Shown: positions 50,914 to 61,447 of the stretch, in pieces
How the letters are laid out: the number at the start of each line of letters is the position of its first letter
How positions within the stretch are numbered: position 1 is the stretch's first letter
From: a virus
Virus record (IMG/VR): IMGVR_UViG_3300001279_000031
Span: 1 to 64,000 of that record
Reading direction: 5' to 3' (one strand)
Length of the DNA: 64,000 nucleotides
Position numbers and translations under genes: made by a program
The notes under the pieces: generated by a model
Told to the model about the DNA's origin: nothing
What the model saw: the letters and a program-made list of their open reading frames with translations, nothing else
Database searches by the model: none

Positions 50914-51459
50914 TTAATTTTTGTAATTTTTGAGAATTTTTCTTAATTTTGCTTTAGATCTACTTATGTCACTTTTTACAGTGCCAATAGGGATCCGCAT
51001 TAATTTACTAATCTCTCGATATGGTAGATTACTATAGTAGTATAATGTTAAAATCTTACGTTTAATAGGACTTAACTGGCACATACCTTTTTCTAGGAGT
51101 TCGCGTAACTCTAGATTTATTATATCAGCATCTGTATTATTACAAGATACTTCTATATCTCCTATATTATCATCAATATCAACATTACGATTGCTGTTTT
51201 TTAATGATCTAATATAATCTATGCATGTGTTTACTGCTATAGCTTTTAGCCAAGCTTCAAAACTTATATCATTTATATATGTATTTAATTTAAGCCATGC
51301 TTTTAAGAACGTACGATTGAGTACTTCATCTGTTAGACTAGTATCTTTCATAATATAACTAATGTTATTACGTATCTTATCTTTATACATATTATAAAGT
51401 TTTGTAAATGATATTTCATCTTTATTCTTAGCGTTTTCGATTAAGATTTTCTCATTCAT
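50914..51459 (-). CDS. ECF-type sigma-70 factor
   Basis: Region 2 TFLKAW..FEAWLKAIAVNTCIDYIR; region 4 YREISKLMRIPIGTVKSDISRSK. Confidence 0.9.
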   Translation of the reverse strand: MNEKILIENAKNKDEISFTKLYNMYKDKIRNNISYIMKDTSLTDEVLNRTFLKAWLKLNTYINDISFEAWLKAIAVNTCIDYIRSLKNSNRNVDIDDNIGDIEVSCNNTDADIINLELRELLEKGMCQLSPIKRKILTLYYYSNLPYREISKLMRIPIGTVKSDISRSKAKLRKILKNYKN

Positions 51460-51468
51460 TTAACTGTT

Positions 51469-51948
51469 TTAAAAAGGAAGATGTAGGATATTTGTAGCGT
51501 AATAATTACGCCACTCATATTCTGCATCTAAAATATTAAAATGTAAATTTGCCATTAATTGTGCTTTTTCATTGTGTGTCAATACTGGTAATTTACTTAC
51601 CATATTACATGCTATTTTTTCAAATACTAAATTTGTTTTTCTAGTATTTAAGTCAATACACAATGATATGTTTTTGTTAACAAAAGCACAAATATTCCAG
51701 AATTTATCTTTAATGAGGTAATTTTGATCACATAAAGATAATAGTTGTGTAATTGTAACTGTTTTATCTTTTTTATCATCGAAACATATATTACTGTTTG
51801 CTAAATAACGATACTCATTATATAATTCATTTAATGACATTGTAAAAAATCTAGCTGTAGTACGTAAAAATACATATTTATCAGCTAGATTTAATTGTGA
51901 AATATCTGGATATCCCTTCCAAAAATTCCTATAATCTTTAAACATCAT
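51469..51948 (-). CDS. Hypothetical protein
   Basis: 159-aa ORF. Confidence 0.62.
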   Translation of the reverse strand: MMFKDYRNFWKGYPDISQLNLADKYVFLRTTARFFTMSLNELYNEYRYLANSNICFDDKKDKTVTITQLLSLCDQNYLIKDKFWNICAFVNKNISLCIDLNTRKTNLVFEKIACNMVSKLPVLTHNEKAQLMANLHFNILDAEYEWRNYYATNILHLPF

Positions 51949-52438
51949 ACTCTTTATTATTTATGTATTTTTCCATTAAGGAAAATATAAAATCTGTAAT
52001 GCTTATAGACCAGCCATTATCTAATTGCATTCTATTTTTAATGTAAGATAATGGTAATTGTTCTTTTTTAAGAACTAAAAATTGTTTAATCCAAATATTG
52101 ATATCGTCCTGCGTTACTTTTTGTGGATCTAATTCATTATAATCTATAAATAAAGGTGATTGTGGTAATTCTATTCCTTCAAATAATGGAATAACGAATA
52201 TTTTCCTAGAAGTTTTGTCATTAAAATTGTAAGTTGATAACGCATCGATTTCTTCTTTTGTTAAGGCAACAATATTGCCCTTTAAAAATTCTCTAAAATC
52301 TATGCCATTTAATATTTTTAATAGAGAATTTCCAATTATATTTACTAAGAATATCCTATCTTGTAAATATATAATGTATTGTCCTTTATTCATTATGAAA
52401 TATTTTATAGAACTTTTTACTAATAAAAGACGCGTCAA
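51938..52438 (-). CDS. Hypothetical protein (start probably MNKGQY at 52393)
   Basis: ORF with overlaps to neighbours. Confidence 0.58.
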   Translation of the reverse strand: MTRLLLVKSSIKYFIMNKGQYIIYLQDRIFLVNIIGNSLLKILNGIDFREFLKGNIVALTKEEIDALSTYNFNDKTSRKIFVIPLFEGIELPQSPLFIDYNELDPQKVTQDDINIWIKQFLVLKKEQLPLSYIKNRMQLDNGWSISITDFIFSLMEKYINNKEYDV

Positions 52439-52568
52439 CTATATCTAAGTCATATGTACTTTGTATCGCTAAAGTAAATGTCGACTCGTTACTACATGAT
52501 TTAGCTAATTTTTTTAAGTTAGCTTTTTCACCAGGTTTATCAAAAAAGGTATATTTAATTACTTTCAT
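52386..52568 (-). CDS. Small hypothetical protein
   Basis: 60-aa ORF, ATGA-coupled to the upstream gene. Confidence 0.55.
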   Translation of the reverse strand: MKVIKYTFFDKPGEKANLKKLAKSCSNESTFTLAIQSTYDLDIVDASFISKKFYKIFHNE

Positions 52569-53086
52569 CGTACATTTTCTCTATAATTATCTACATCATC
52601 TATTATTTGACAATAATTTACTTTTAATTTTTTAAATTCATCAAATGCTATTGGACTTAATATTCCTACGGGATAATTATAATTAGTATATTCAAATAAT
52701 TTATTTATACGTGCAAATCTAGCATTTCTGATATTAGTAGATAGTAAAAATATGTTACTATATCTGTTAATATCTTCATATAAAATATTAACATATGCTA
52801 TATATACCTTTTGATTTTTTAAGGCATATATCCATTCTTCCGGCATCCGTTTCTTTATGTATCCACGAAAGCCTTGTTTGCTTATTTTCTTTGATCCAAC
52901 CATTTCTTTTTTATTTGATATTTCTAATTCATCAAGACTATAATATTTATGATTTGATAATGTTATACTTATATTATTATATAATTCATTACTACTAATC
53001 ATTTTAAGTACTATGCTAGTACCTATAACCTGTAAATATACAGGTTTTCTACTTATAATTATAGATATATACTCTTCATATGTCAT
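52565..53086 (-). CDS. Hypothetical protein
   Basis: 173-aa ORF. Confidence 0.6.
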   Translation of the reverse strand: MTYEEYISIIISRKPVYLQVIGTSIVLKMISSNELYNNISITLSNHKYYSLDELEISNKKEMVGSKKISKQGFRGYIKKRMPEEWIYALKNQKVYIAYVNILYEDINRYSNIFLLSTNIRNARFARINKLFEYTNYNYPVGILSPIAFDEFKKLKVNYCQIIDDVDNYRENVR

Positions 53087-53302
53087 AATAATAATAATAT
53101 TATTAATAAAATTAATATAGCACTTAAATACTAAAGATATACATGCTATATTAATATTTTATAATTTGATATTATGTAAAATATTGTAAGATTTTAATTT
53201 TAGTAGTGTGCGATCCAGTAGGACTTAACCATCAAGGGTCTCTACTAAAGGTTATTAATCTTAGATACTTAGGATACATCAATATCAAATCTTTTGATAG
53301 AT

Positions 53303-53881
53303 TTACCTATTTTTTCCAACATGATAACTTGCATTATTAGCTACACTTTCAGTGTTACTAGCTACACTTTTATCTGTAACATCGTGCAACTGTTGAGCGT
53401 CTTCCGGTAAGACTTCATTCTCAGTTTTACTTTTCCAACTGCTAAAATATGTAGCTACATCTTTCGAAGCAAACAATTCTTGCAATTGCGAAATTAACAA
53501 TGCTGTTTCTGTATTTAAATGATTTAAACCATTTGAATACACTTTTTTAATCTCTTCTGATTTATTATAATAATCTCTAACAGATAATGTACCTGTTTTA
53601 AAAGTTTCACCGAGCTCGGTTAGACTCTTTAAACGGATTTTAAAGACTGTTTCTTCACCACGTTTATATCTAAGTAAAATAAGTTGACGACATCTCTCAA
53701 ACTTATTTTCACTTAAAATCATAGAAGCTTGTTCAATCTTTATTTCTTGCTCCTTTTTTGTAATTTGTTCTGCAGCAGCTTTCAACGCATCCACATTCAT
53801 TAATGTTTTTTTGGTGATCTGCTCTTTTATATCACCATCAACATCTAAAGACATAAAGTCATTTGTCTTTTTTTCTTCCAT
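53303..53881 (-). CDS. Hypothetical coiled-coil protein
   Basis: 192-aa ORF with AATTATCAAAAATG start context. Confidence 0.7.
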   Translation of the reverse strand: MEEKKTNDFMSLDVDGDIKEQITKKTLMNVDALKAAAEQITKKEQEIKIEQASMILSENKFERCRQLILLRYKRGEETVFKIRLKSLTELGETFKTGTLSVRDYYNKSEEIKKVYSNGLNHLNTETALLISQLQELFASKDVATYFSSWKSKTENEVLPEDAQQLHDVTDKSVASNTESVANNASYHVGKNR

Positions 53882-53892
53882 TTTGATAATTT

Positions 53893-54078
53893 TTAATTGT
53901 TAATACTTTTATTTTGATAATATTGTTTTAATAATTTATTTTTAGAAATACCAAATAATTCACGTATAGTGGATGGATTTGTTTTTCTAATTTCAATTAT
54001 ATCTGCATTTTTTTTAGTAGCTTTATAGCTACTATATAAATGTGTTCTATCCTCTTTCAATTTTAATTTTTTTATCAT
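53893..54078 (-). CDS. Small basic hypothetical protein
   Basis: 61-aa ORF with AAATTATTAAAATG start context. Confidence 0.55.
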   Translation of the reverse strand: MIKKLKLKEDRTHLYSSYKATKKNADIIEIRKTNPSTIRELFGISKNKLLKQYYQNKSINN

Positions 54079-54113
54079 TTTAATAATTTTAATTTAAAAG
54101 TAAGCAGATTAGC
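54061..54113. repeat. 53-bp direct repeat, copy 1 (flanks leuS)
   Basis: 50/53 identical to 57076-57128. Confidence 0.85.
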
Positions 54114-54260
54114 CACCATCGGTTGTTACTTTATACGGTAATAGAAAGGTTGTCCAACCCAGTGCATAACTAACAAGACCTAATGTTATCAACAAATAGT
54201 CCCTAAATTCACGAAGGATAATAGTCTTACCAATTTTACTCATATAATATATTCTTATTT

Positions 54261-57053
54261 TCAGCCGACTACAACGTTCACAATCTTATTCGGAACAACG
54301 ATAATCTTCCTGATATTCTTCCCGGCAATCCATTTCTGTGAATCGTCATGCGCAAGTACCGTCTTTTCAATGGCTTCGCGGTCAATGTCGACAGGGAAAT
54401 CAATGGAGAAACGAGCTTTGCCGTTAAACGAGATTGTGTATTTAACGGAATCTTCTTTCAGATATTCTTCATTGCACACAGGCCATTGTGCATCGCAAAC
54501 GGATGCCGTATGTCCCAATGCTTCCCATAACTCCTCGGCAATGTGCGGGGCAAACGGAGCAATAAGCACAACCAAGTCACTCAACACCTGCTTGTTGTTG
54601 CACGTCAAAGCTGTGAGTTCGTTTACGCAAATCATGAATGCACTGATAGAAGTGTTGTATGAGAAACTCTCTATATCTCCGGTTACTTTCTTTATCAGTT
54701 TGTTAATGCTTTTCAACTCTTCTTTCGTGGCTTCACCGTCGACGGGGATAAACTCGTCGGCCTTGTTCCAGAATAAGAACCAGAATTTGCGCAAGAAACG
54801 GTGAACACCGTCTATTCCGTTAGTATCCCACGGTTTCGATTGCTCAACAGGCCCGAGGAACATCTCGTACATGCGCAGTGTGTCGGCGCCGTATTTCTCA
54901 ACAATCATATCGGGATTAACGACGTTGAACATCGACTTGCTCATCTTTTCAACAGCCCAACCGCAGACATACTTGCCATTTTCCAATACAAACTCTGCAT
55001 TGTTATATTCCGGTCTCCACTTCTTGAAAGCCTCAACGTCCAATATATCATTCGATACAATATTTACGTTAACATGTATTGGCGTAGTATCATATTTGTC
55101 TTTCAACCCGAGAGAAACAAAAGTGTTTGTATCTTTAATTCGGTAAACGAAGTTGCTTCGTCCCTGAATCATTCCCTGATTAACCAGTTTTTGGAACGGC
55201 TCTTCCTTAACCGAAACTCCTAAATCAAATAAAAACTTGTTCCAGAAGCGCGAATATATCAAGTGCCCTGTTGCATGCTCGGTACCTCCCACGTACAAAT
55301 CGACATTCTGCCAATAACGGTCGACCTTTTCCGAAACCAACGCCTTATTGTTATGCGGATCCATGTAACGAAGATAGTATGCAGATGAACCTGCAAAACC
55401 CGGCATAGTATTGAGTTCCAACGGATAACCTTCTTTTGTCTTCCAGTTCTTGGCGCGTCCCAATGGCGGTTCGCCGGTTTCCGTCGGTAAATATTTGTCT
55501 ATTTCAGGCAATTCAAGAGGCAGTTCGTCATCACTTAAAACATGAGGTATTCCGTCTTTGTAATACACCGGGAACGGTTCACCCCAATAACGTTGGCGAC
55601 TAAAGATGGCATCGCGCAGGCGGTAGTTTATCTTTACTCGCCCGAGATTATTCTCGGTTACGTACTTCTTTGTTGCTGCAATTGCCTCTTTTACTGTCAT
55701 GCCGTTGAGATTAAGTTGTCCTTCCTTCTCTTGTCCCGGCTTGGGTGAATTCATCATTATGCCGTCCTTGGCATCAAAGCTCTCCTCGCTGACGTCGCAT
55801 CCTTCAATCAGCGGACGAATTTCAAGGCCGAACTCTTTGGCAAAAGCATAGTCGCGACTGTCGTGCGCCGGTACGGCCATAATGGCTCCCGTGCCGTATC
55901 CTGCCAATACATAATCGCTAATCCAAATGGGAATAGCTTCATTTGTCAACGGATTTATAGCATACGAACCTGAGAATACTCCCGTAACCTTGCGGTCGGC
56001 AATACGTTCACGTTCGGTTCTTTTCTTTGTTCTTTCCAAATATGCCTTCACGTCTGTTTGTTGAGCCGGAGTAGTCAACTCGGCAACCAACTCACTTTCC
56101 GGGGCAAGTACCATGAATGTAACACCGAAGATAGTATCTGCACGCGTAGTGAAAATAGTAAACTCAACGTCGCTGTCTTTTACTTTGAACTGCATTTCAG
56201 TACCTTCGCTACGCCCTATCCAGTTACGTTGTGTCTCTTTAAGCGAATCTGTCCATTCGATAGTGTCCAATCCGTCAAGCAGGCGTTGGGCGTATGCCGA
56301 CATACGCAAGCACCATTGGCGCATCTTCTTCTGCACAACAGGATAACCGCCGCGCAACGAAATTCCTTCAACAACTTCATCATTGGCAAGCACCGTACCT
56401 AACTTCGGACACCAGTTAACAACCGAATCTCCAAGATAAGCTATACGACAATTCATCAAAGCATCGCTTTTTGCCTTTTCGTCCTTGGCTTTCCATTCGT
56501 CGGCAGTAAACAAAAGTTCTTCGCTGCAAGCAGCGTTAATGCCTTCAGTACCTGTGGTTTCAAACTTCTCTATAAGTTTATCTATCGGTTGGGCTTTGTC
56601 CAGGTCTTTATCATAATAACTGTTGAACATACGGATGAAAGCCCACTGTGTCCAGTGATAATATCCGGGGTCGCACGTACGTACTTCACGGTCCCAATCG
56701 AAAGAAAAGCCAATCTTATCCAATTGGCTGCGATAACGGTTTATATTGTTTGTTGTTGTAATTGCAGGATGTTGTCCGGTCTGAATGGCATATTGTTCTG
56801 CTGGAAGCCCGTATGCATCATATCCCATCGGATTAAGAACATTAAATCCTTGTAACCGTTTGTAACGGGCATAAATATCTGTAGCAATATATCCCAACGG
56901 ATGCCCAACATGCAAACCCGCACCGGAGGGATAAGGAAACATATTCAGTACATAGTATTTCTTCTTTGTTTCGTCTTCTACAACATGGTACGTTTTATTC
57001 TCGACCCATTTTTTTTGCCATTTCTTTTCAATCTCGCTGAAATTATATTCCAT
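54261..57053 (-). CDS. leuS: Leucine--tRNA ligase, full-length, Bacteroidales-type
   Basis: [14 protein letters not shown] (HIGH), KMSKS, CP1 editing motifs FTTRADT and [19 protein letters not shown]-terminal [12 protein letters not shown]; 930 aa; GC-richer than flanks. Confidence 0.97.
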   Translation of the reverse strand: MEYNFSEIEKKWQKKWVENKTYHVVEDETKKKYYVLNMFPYPSGAGLHVGHPLGYIATDIYARYKRLQGFNVLNPMGYDAYGLPAEQYAIQTGQHPAITTTNNINRYRSQLDKIGFSFDWDREVRTCDPGYYHWTQWAFIRMFNSYYDKDLDKAQPIDKLIEKFETTGTEGINAACSEELLFTADEWKAKDEKAKSDALMNCRIAYLGDSVVNWCPKLGTVLANDEVVEGISLRGGYPVVQKKMRQWCLRMSAYAQRLLDGLDTIEWTDSLKETQRNWIGRSEGTEMQFKVKDSDVEFTIFTTRADTIFGVTFMVLAPESELVAELTTPAQQTDVKAYLERTKKRTERERIADRKVTGVFSGSYAINPLTNEAIPIWISDYVLAGYGTGAIMAVPAHDSRDYAFAKEFGLEIRPLIEGCDVSEESFDAKDGIMMNSPKPGQEKEGQLNLNGMTVKEAIAATKKYVTENNLGRVKINYRLRDAIFSRQRYWGEPFPVYYKDGIPHVLSDDELPLELPEIDKYLPTETGEPPLGRAKNWKTKEGYPLELNTMPGFAGSSAYYLRYMDPHNNKALVSEKVDRYWQNVDLYVGGTEHATGHLIYSRFWNKFLFDLGVSVKEEPFQKLVNQGMIQGRSNFVYRIKDTNTFVSLGLKDKYDTTPIHVNVNIVSNDILDVEAFKKWRPEYNNAEFVLENGKYVCGWAVEKMSKSMFNVVNPDMIVEKYGADTLRMYEMFLGPVEQSKPWDTNGIDGVHRFLRKFWFLFWNKADEFIPVDGEATKEELKSINKLIKKVTGDIESFSYNTSISAFMICVNELTALTCNNKQVLSDLVVLIAPFAPHIAEELWEALGHTASVCDAQWPVCNEEYLKEDSVKYTISFNGKARFSIDFPVDIDREAIEKTVLAHDDSQKWIAGKNIRKIIVVPNKIVNVVVG

Positions 57054-57075
57054 GATGACCGTATTTTATTATCTA

Positions 57076-57128
57076 TTTTAATTTTTTTACCATTTTGATA
57101 ATTTTAATTTAAAAGTAAGCATATTAGC
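57076..57128. repeat. 53-bp direct repeat, copy 2 (flanks leuS)
   Basis: 50/53 identical to 54061-54113; contains an orphan start MVKKLK. Confidence 0.85.
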
Positions 57129-57307
57129 ATATTTGCATACCTTATTTTGCTAAATTCCCATGTCCTTCATTCAAATCACGTTTGAACATGATTGCCGTCA
57201 AATAGCTTGTATTATATATAATATAATATTAGGGGTCTGGAATGCTTACCAATTACTTTATTCATATGATAATAATTAATAATTATTTGTTAATGAAGAA
57301 TATTTCG

Positions 57308-57445
57308 TTATTCATCATCATTGTAGCGCATCTTTCTATCCTTTTTTTTAAAAGGATTTAATTTAGCATGTTTTGCTTTAGTGTGAAAAGTAGGATTATT
57401 ATCGTTACCACTTCTCTTTTTTTTGTCCTTAAAAGTTTTGCTCAT
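57308..57445 (-). CDS. Small basic protein (45 aa), below the ORF-track cutoff
   Basis: MSKTFKDKKKRSGNDNNPTFHTKAKHAKLNPFKKKDRKMRYNDDE*; fills the gap after 57463. Confidence 0.55.
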   Translation of the reverse strand: MSKTFKDKKKRSGNDNNPTFHTKAKHAKLNPFKKKDRKMRYNDDE

Positions 57446-57462
57446 GACACATAACTTTATTC

Positions 57463-58122
57463 TTAATACAGCATTAAATATTGAAAATATCCAAGTGACT
57501 TATGCTTAATAGCTTGTTTACAATCACCAAATATTGGTGAATTTATAACAGTCGCACCATCTTTTATAGCTCCAAGTAACTGTAAATATGTTAAATTAAA
57601 CTTAAGATCTGTAAAATTCTTATTCCATTCTACAATTTCTCGTGAAACGTTTCCAAATTCTGCTGGACGTGTTACTTTTATACTATCTATACCAACATAA
57701 TCACAAAAATACGAATATTTATTATTTCCATTAAAATTTGCATGAACTGAATATTCTATATAAAGAGTAATACAAACTTTATACTTTTTGCCATCTATGA
57801 TTTTTTCAATATTTTTTGAAAATTCTGCATGTTTGTCATCATTTATGGCAATTCGATCAAATCCCATTTTATAAAATACACCAAAATCTAATAAAAAATT
57901 AGTAGTTATAGTTTTTGGTGAATGCCAACGATGATTTATAAACAATCGTTGTTTAATCATTTCTTTATTAGAAAGCATAGCTAAATCAAGTGATAGATTT
58001 TCATTAAAATCTTTTACTATATTTGCACGTATACCTTCAATTGGATAAGGACATTGTTTGTATTTTACTAATTGTCCTTTGTTGATGGAAACCATACACT
58101 TATTTTTATCAACAATCCTCAT
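57463..58122 (-). CDS. Hypothetical protein
   Basis: 219-aa ORF. Confidence 0.65.
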   Translation of the reverse strand: MRIVDKNKCMVSINKGQLVKYKQCPYPIEGIRANIVKDFNENLSLDLAMLSNKEMIKQRLFINHRWHSPKTITTNFLLDFGVFYKMGFDRIAINDDKHAEFSKNIEKIIDGKKYKVCITLYIEYSVHANFNGNNKYSYFCDYVGIDSIKVTRPAEFGNVSREIVEWNKNFTDLKFNLTYLQLLGAIKDGATVINSPIFGDCKQAIKHKSLGYFQYLMLY

Positions 58123-58127
58123 AATTT

Positions 58128-58631
58128 TTATATTTTATAATTATTCCGTAGAATTATACGAAAAGTAAATTCATTTATTTGTTTAGAAAAGTTACTTTTC
58201 ATATATGCGATATTAAACGCAGTAGGATAATCGTGGATAAACAACAAAATATTTTTTATTAACATTTTTGTATCATCATCGTGCTCTTCGTTAATAAATT
58301 TTAATATTCTTAAAATATATATCCATTCTTTTGGAATAGATTTTGTAAACTCTTCTACGATTACAAGTGATTTTATTTTTTTATATAATTTATCCAACAT
58401 TGTATCAATCGTATTTCTTTCTGCAGTTGTACGATGTATCATTCGAATATGTCCGGATTCATCGATGCTGATGTTTTTTATTTCTCTAGCATCAAAAATC
58501 CTTATTGATCCATTTTTACCACGAAATTGTGTATTCGCGGTATTACTAATTGATTTAGCAGATTCATCAGTAATCGATTCTGCTGGTATTTGTGGATCGT
58601 CAATGCAAATTAAAACAAAGGCGCGTTTCAT
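58128..58631 (-). CDS. Hypothetical protein
   Basis: 167-aa ORF. Confidence 0.62.
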   Translation of the reverse strand: MKRAFVLICIDDPQIPAESITDESAKSISNTANTQFRGKNGSIRIFDAREIKNISIDESGHIRMIHRTTAERNTIDTMLDKLYKKIKSLVIVEEFTKSIPKEWIYILRILKFINEEHDDDTKMLIKNILLFIHDYPTAFNIAYMKSNFSKQINEFTFRIILRNNYKI

Positions 58632-58632
58632 A

Positions 58633-58992
58633 TTAATACGAATTATTTTTTCTTATTGATAATATACTATCTATATATTTATTTAACTTAGCATCATAAT
58701 CTACACGTTTATAGAATTTATAATGTGTTTTATAATTAGCAACAATAAATTGTTTTGTTATTGGTACTTTACTTTTTACCAAAGTATCAATTATAACTGC
58801 TAAACAGTTATTACTAATTGTATAATATACAGAATCTGTTAAAAACTGTGCTTTACTAGCATTTCTATCTAATATTGTAGATGAAATGATTTCTTTAGTT
58901 GTCTTTTTATGTTGGCAACTACTAAGATTAAATACCATTACAATTGCAAATATAGCAACTGTAAACATTAAGAATTTTCTAAATTTACTCAT
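58633..58992 (-). CDS. Putative lipoprotein
   Basis: Basic N-terminus, hydrophobic stretch, lipobox LSSC. Confidence 0.68.
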   Translation of the reverse strand: MSKFRKFLMFTVAIFAIVMVFNLSSCQHKKTTKEIISSTILDRNASKAQFLTDSVYYTISNNCLAVIIDTLVKSKVPITKQFIVANYKTHYKFYKRVDYDAKLNKYIDSILSIRKNNSY

Positions 58993-59342
58993 AATTTATT
59001 GATTAAATTAATAATTTTATAAAATCTAATAAAAGATAAGTATGAACTTTACTAATAGCATAACTTCTACATTATTAAACTTATTAATTGTTCATACTTA
59101 TCAGGATATATATATTAATAATTGAGGACTATTTAAAAGTATTACTATATTCACATACCATAATACTAAGTAGGTTATACAACTATATTCACCAACTTTA
59201 AAACGAATAATTATGTCAAACATTAGTCTGTTAAAAAACAGATTGTATTCACACACTATCTATTTATAACTAGTGCCCTTTAAAAACATATATAACAAAA
59301 TAGTTATTAAAAAACCATTCACGGTTAATTAACTTTTTAATT

Positions 59343-59639
59343 TTAATTTATTGCATTATCTTCATTTTCATTTACTAATTCTTTATTGATTAAAAAGTAA
59401 ATATAATTTATTGCAAATAATAGAATTATTGAAGATATAAATGCAATTATACTTATCATTAATATCAAATGAACATTTATTTGATTAAAAAAGTCCATTA
59501 AACATTTAAGATAAAAGCTACTAAATATTGACGTGATGCCAACTACTCCTGCACTAATTAATATTAATATAATAATATCTAAGCTTAAGAATAAAGATAT
59601 TAATAAAATAGTGTCAATAACTTGCGTTGTTATTTTCAT
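59343..59639 (-). CDS. Membrane protein
   Basis: 98 aa, two long hydrophobic segments. Confidence 0.55.
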   Translation of the reverse strand: MKITTQVIDTILLISLFLSLDIIILILISAGVVGITSIFSSFYLKCLMDFFNQINVHLILMISIIAFISSIILLFAINYIYFLINKELVNENEDNAIN

Positions 59640-59702
59640 TATGTAAATTTAATTATTATAAAATATACACAACTAATAATTATACATAGAATCATAAAAG
59701 CT

Positions 59703-59987
59703 CTAATCATTTTCACAATACTCAAAATTACTTTTGTTCCATTCCTTTGTGTCATAATTATATACTATACTTTTATCATTGATGTCTGTATTTTCATCAA
59801 TGGCAATACAAATAAAACATTTACTTCCAACATTACTATTTACTAATTTTAATAGATCAAAACACATACAATTACATTTATTTTTAAATATAGCGCAATC
59901 TTCACATTTTGTAAATGTACTATTAATTTTAAGTCTATATACTTTATTATTAAGTATAATTCTAGGCAATTTTCTAAATTTACTCAT
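59703..59987 (-). CDS. Cys-rich hypothetical protein
   Basis: CEDCAIF..CNCMC..CFIC. Confidence 0.55.
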   Translation of the reverse strand: MSKFRKLPRIILNNKVYRLKINSTFTKCEDCAIFKNKCNCMCFDLLKLVNSNVGSKCFICIAIDENTDINDKSIVYNYDTKEWNKSNFEYCEND

Positions 59988-59991
59988 AATT

Positions 59992-60228
59992 TTATCGATT
60001 ACGTCTATTAAGTTGTGCAGCTCTAGCTATACAATTATAATCAAGTTCTGATGTTTCATCATCGATATCAACTGTTATTGTTTTACCAATTAGTTTATTC
60101 GCTTGATATAATTTAAGTAATTGATTATCAATGGAATTAGTATTACCTTTATCAGTAATTATATGTAATACTTTCATACTACCGATATCTTCACTTGTTA
60201 CATTTATTATTTTTGCTGATGTTTGCAT
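59992..60228 (-). CDS. Hypothetical protein
   Basis: 78-aa ORF in a tightly packed run. Confidence 0.55.
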   Translation of the reverse strand: MQTSAKIINVTSEDIGSMKVLHIITDKGNTNSIDNQLLKLYQANKLIGKTITVDIDDETSELDYNCIARAAQLNRRNR

Positions 60229-60233
60229 AATAT

Positions 60234-60644
60234 TTATAATATATCATTATCTACAGTCTTTAAAAACTGTAATTTATATATAACTGTATATTCTGGATAA
60301 ATCAATGACAAGAATGCATCATTGTTCATACTTACCCATTGTATAGTACATAACTCATTATTACTATCTGTGCCTTTTTGTGTATATGTTATACATAACG
60401 TATTATGTATAGATGAATAACTTTTTACAGGTACATCGTAATTAATTGTTATAGGCTCTTTGCAATCAATATGTAGCATATTATTATCTAAATCAACAAG
60501 TATAATGATTTTGTTTACTTCCCAATTAGTAAATTGAGAATCAACAATTTTATAACATGTTTCTGTAGATTGCCATACATTGACTTGAGATTTTGCACAT
60601 ATACTTATCATACATATACAAAAAAATAATATAACTTTTTTCAT
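60234..60644 (-). CDS. Secreted hypothetical protein
   Basis: Signal peptide MKKVILFFCICMISICAKSQ, with Bacteroidota-type Gln after the cleavage site. Confidence 0.65.
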   Translation of the reverse strand: MKKVILFFCICMISICAKSQVNVWQSTETCYKIVDSQFTNWEVNKIIILVDLDNNMLHIDCKEPITINYDVPVKSYSSIHNTLCITYTQKGTDSNNELCTIQWVSMNNDAFLSLIYPEYTVIYKLQFLKTVDNDIL

Positions 60645-60646
60645 TT

Positions 60647-61447
60647 TTATAATTTTTTTATGATATCTCCTCCATATGAATCTTTAGTAATTTTAATAAA
60701 TTCATGGATATTCATATAATCATGCTGAAGATCAATTTCATGATCTCTAGCGAATGATTCTCTTCCAGCCTTGCAACTCCCGGTAAGAATATGATGCCAA
60801 ATAAATAATTCAGATACTGGATATTTCTTGTCAAAGTCGCTAAAATGCTTCTTAAACTTATCTATCCTTTCTTCCTCCGAGAAATCATCATATAGCTTTT
60901 CACGAAGTGATGCAAATGCTTTGTGCAAAGTTAATCCGTGAGCAAATTTATTATCTTCCTTTACTATAAAGCAAGGAATCAATGTCAGGTCATTTTGTAG
61001 TATACATCCTTTGGCTATATTATTTTTTACAGAAGTAATTATTGTTGGGAGGTTATCTATTCTATACACTTTATTATTATTTATTGAAACGATTCCATAA
61101 CTAGAGTAATTATTAACGATATCGCCATTACCATATTCATTACCACATCCATTACTATCGCCATTACCATAACCATTACTATAGCCATTACCATATCCAT
61201 AACCACATCCATAACCATTACTATCGCCATTACCATTACCATTACCATCACCTAAACCATCACCATAACCATTACCATAGCTTGAACCTTCTCCTGAACC
61301 GCTTCCTTTACCAAATCCATCAGTATATCCGGAGTTATAACCATTACCATAACCTGAATCATCATCATCATCATAAATATAGTTAGATTCATCGTTAGAG
61401 AAATGACTGTTGTTTGTTTTTATGAATTCATCTATTGTGCTGTCCAT
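60647..61447 (-). CDS. Protein with Gly-rich (GYGNG/GDG) repeats and conserved C-terminal domain
   Basis: Repeat tract then FAHG.T...A and WHHILTGSCKAGR. Confidence 0.75.
   Translation of the reverse strand: MDSTIDEFIKTNNSHFSNDESNYIYDDDDDSGYGNGYNSGYTDGFGKGSGSGEGSSYGNGYGDGLGDGNGNGNGDSNGYGCGYGYGNGYSNGYGNGDSNGCGNEYGNGDIVNNYSSYGIVSINNNKVYRIDNLPTIITSVKNNIAKGCILQNDLTLIPCFIVKEDNKFAHGLTLHKAFASLREKLYDDFSEEERIDKFKKHFSDFDKKYPVSELFIWHHILTGSCKAGRESFARDHEIDLQHDYMNIHEFIKITKDSYGGDIIKKL
61120..61356 (-). repeat. Coding low-complexity repeat (CCATTA/CCATAA units)
   Basis: Encodes (G-x)n: GYGNGYNSG...GNGD. Confidence 0.7.

Noticed and set aside
54348-57098. Multiple + strand ORFs over leuS
   Set aside because: Antisense shadows of a GC-richer gene
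54061-57128. IS/transposon or prophage att boundary at leuS
   Set aside because: No transposase, integrase or terminal inverted repeats; phage-like genes continue on both sides
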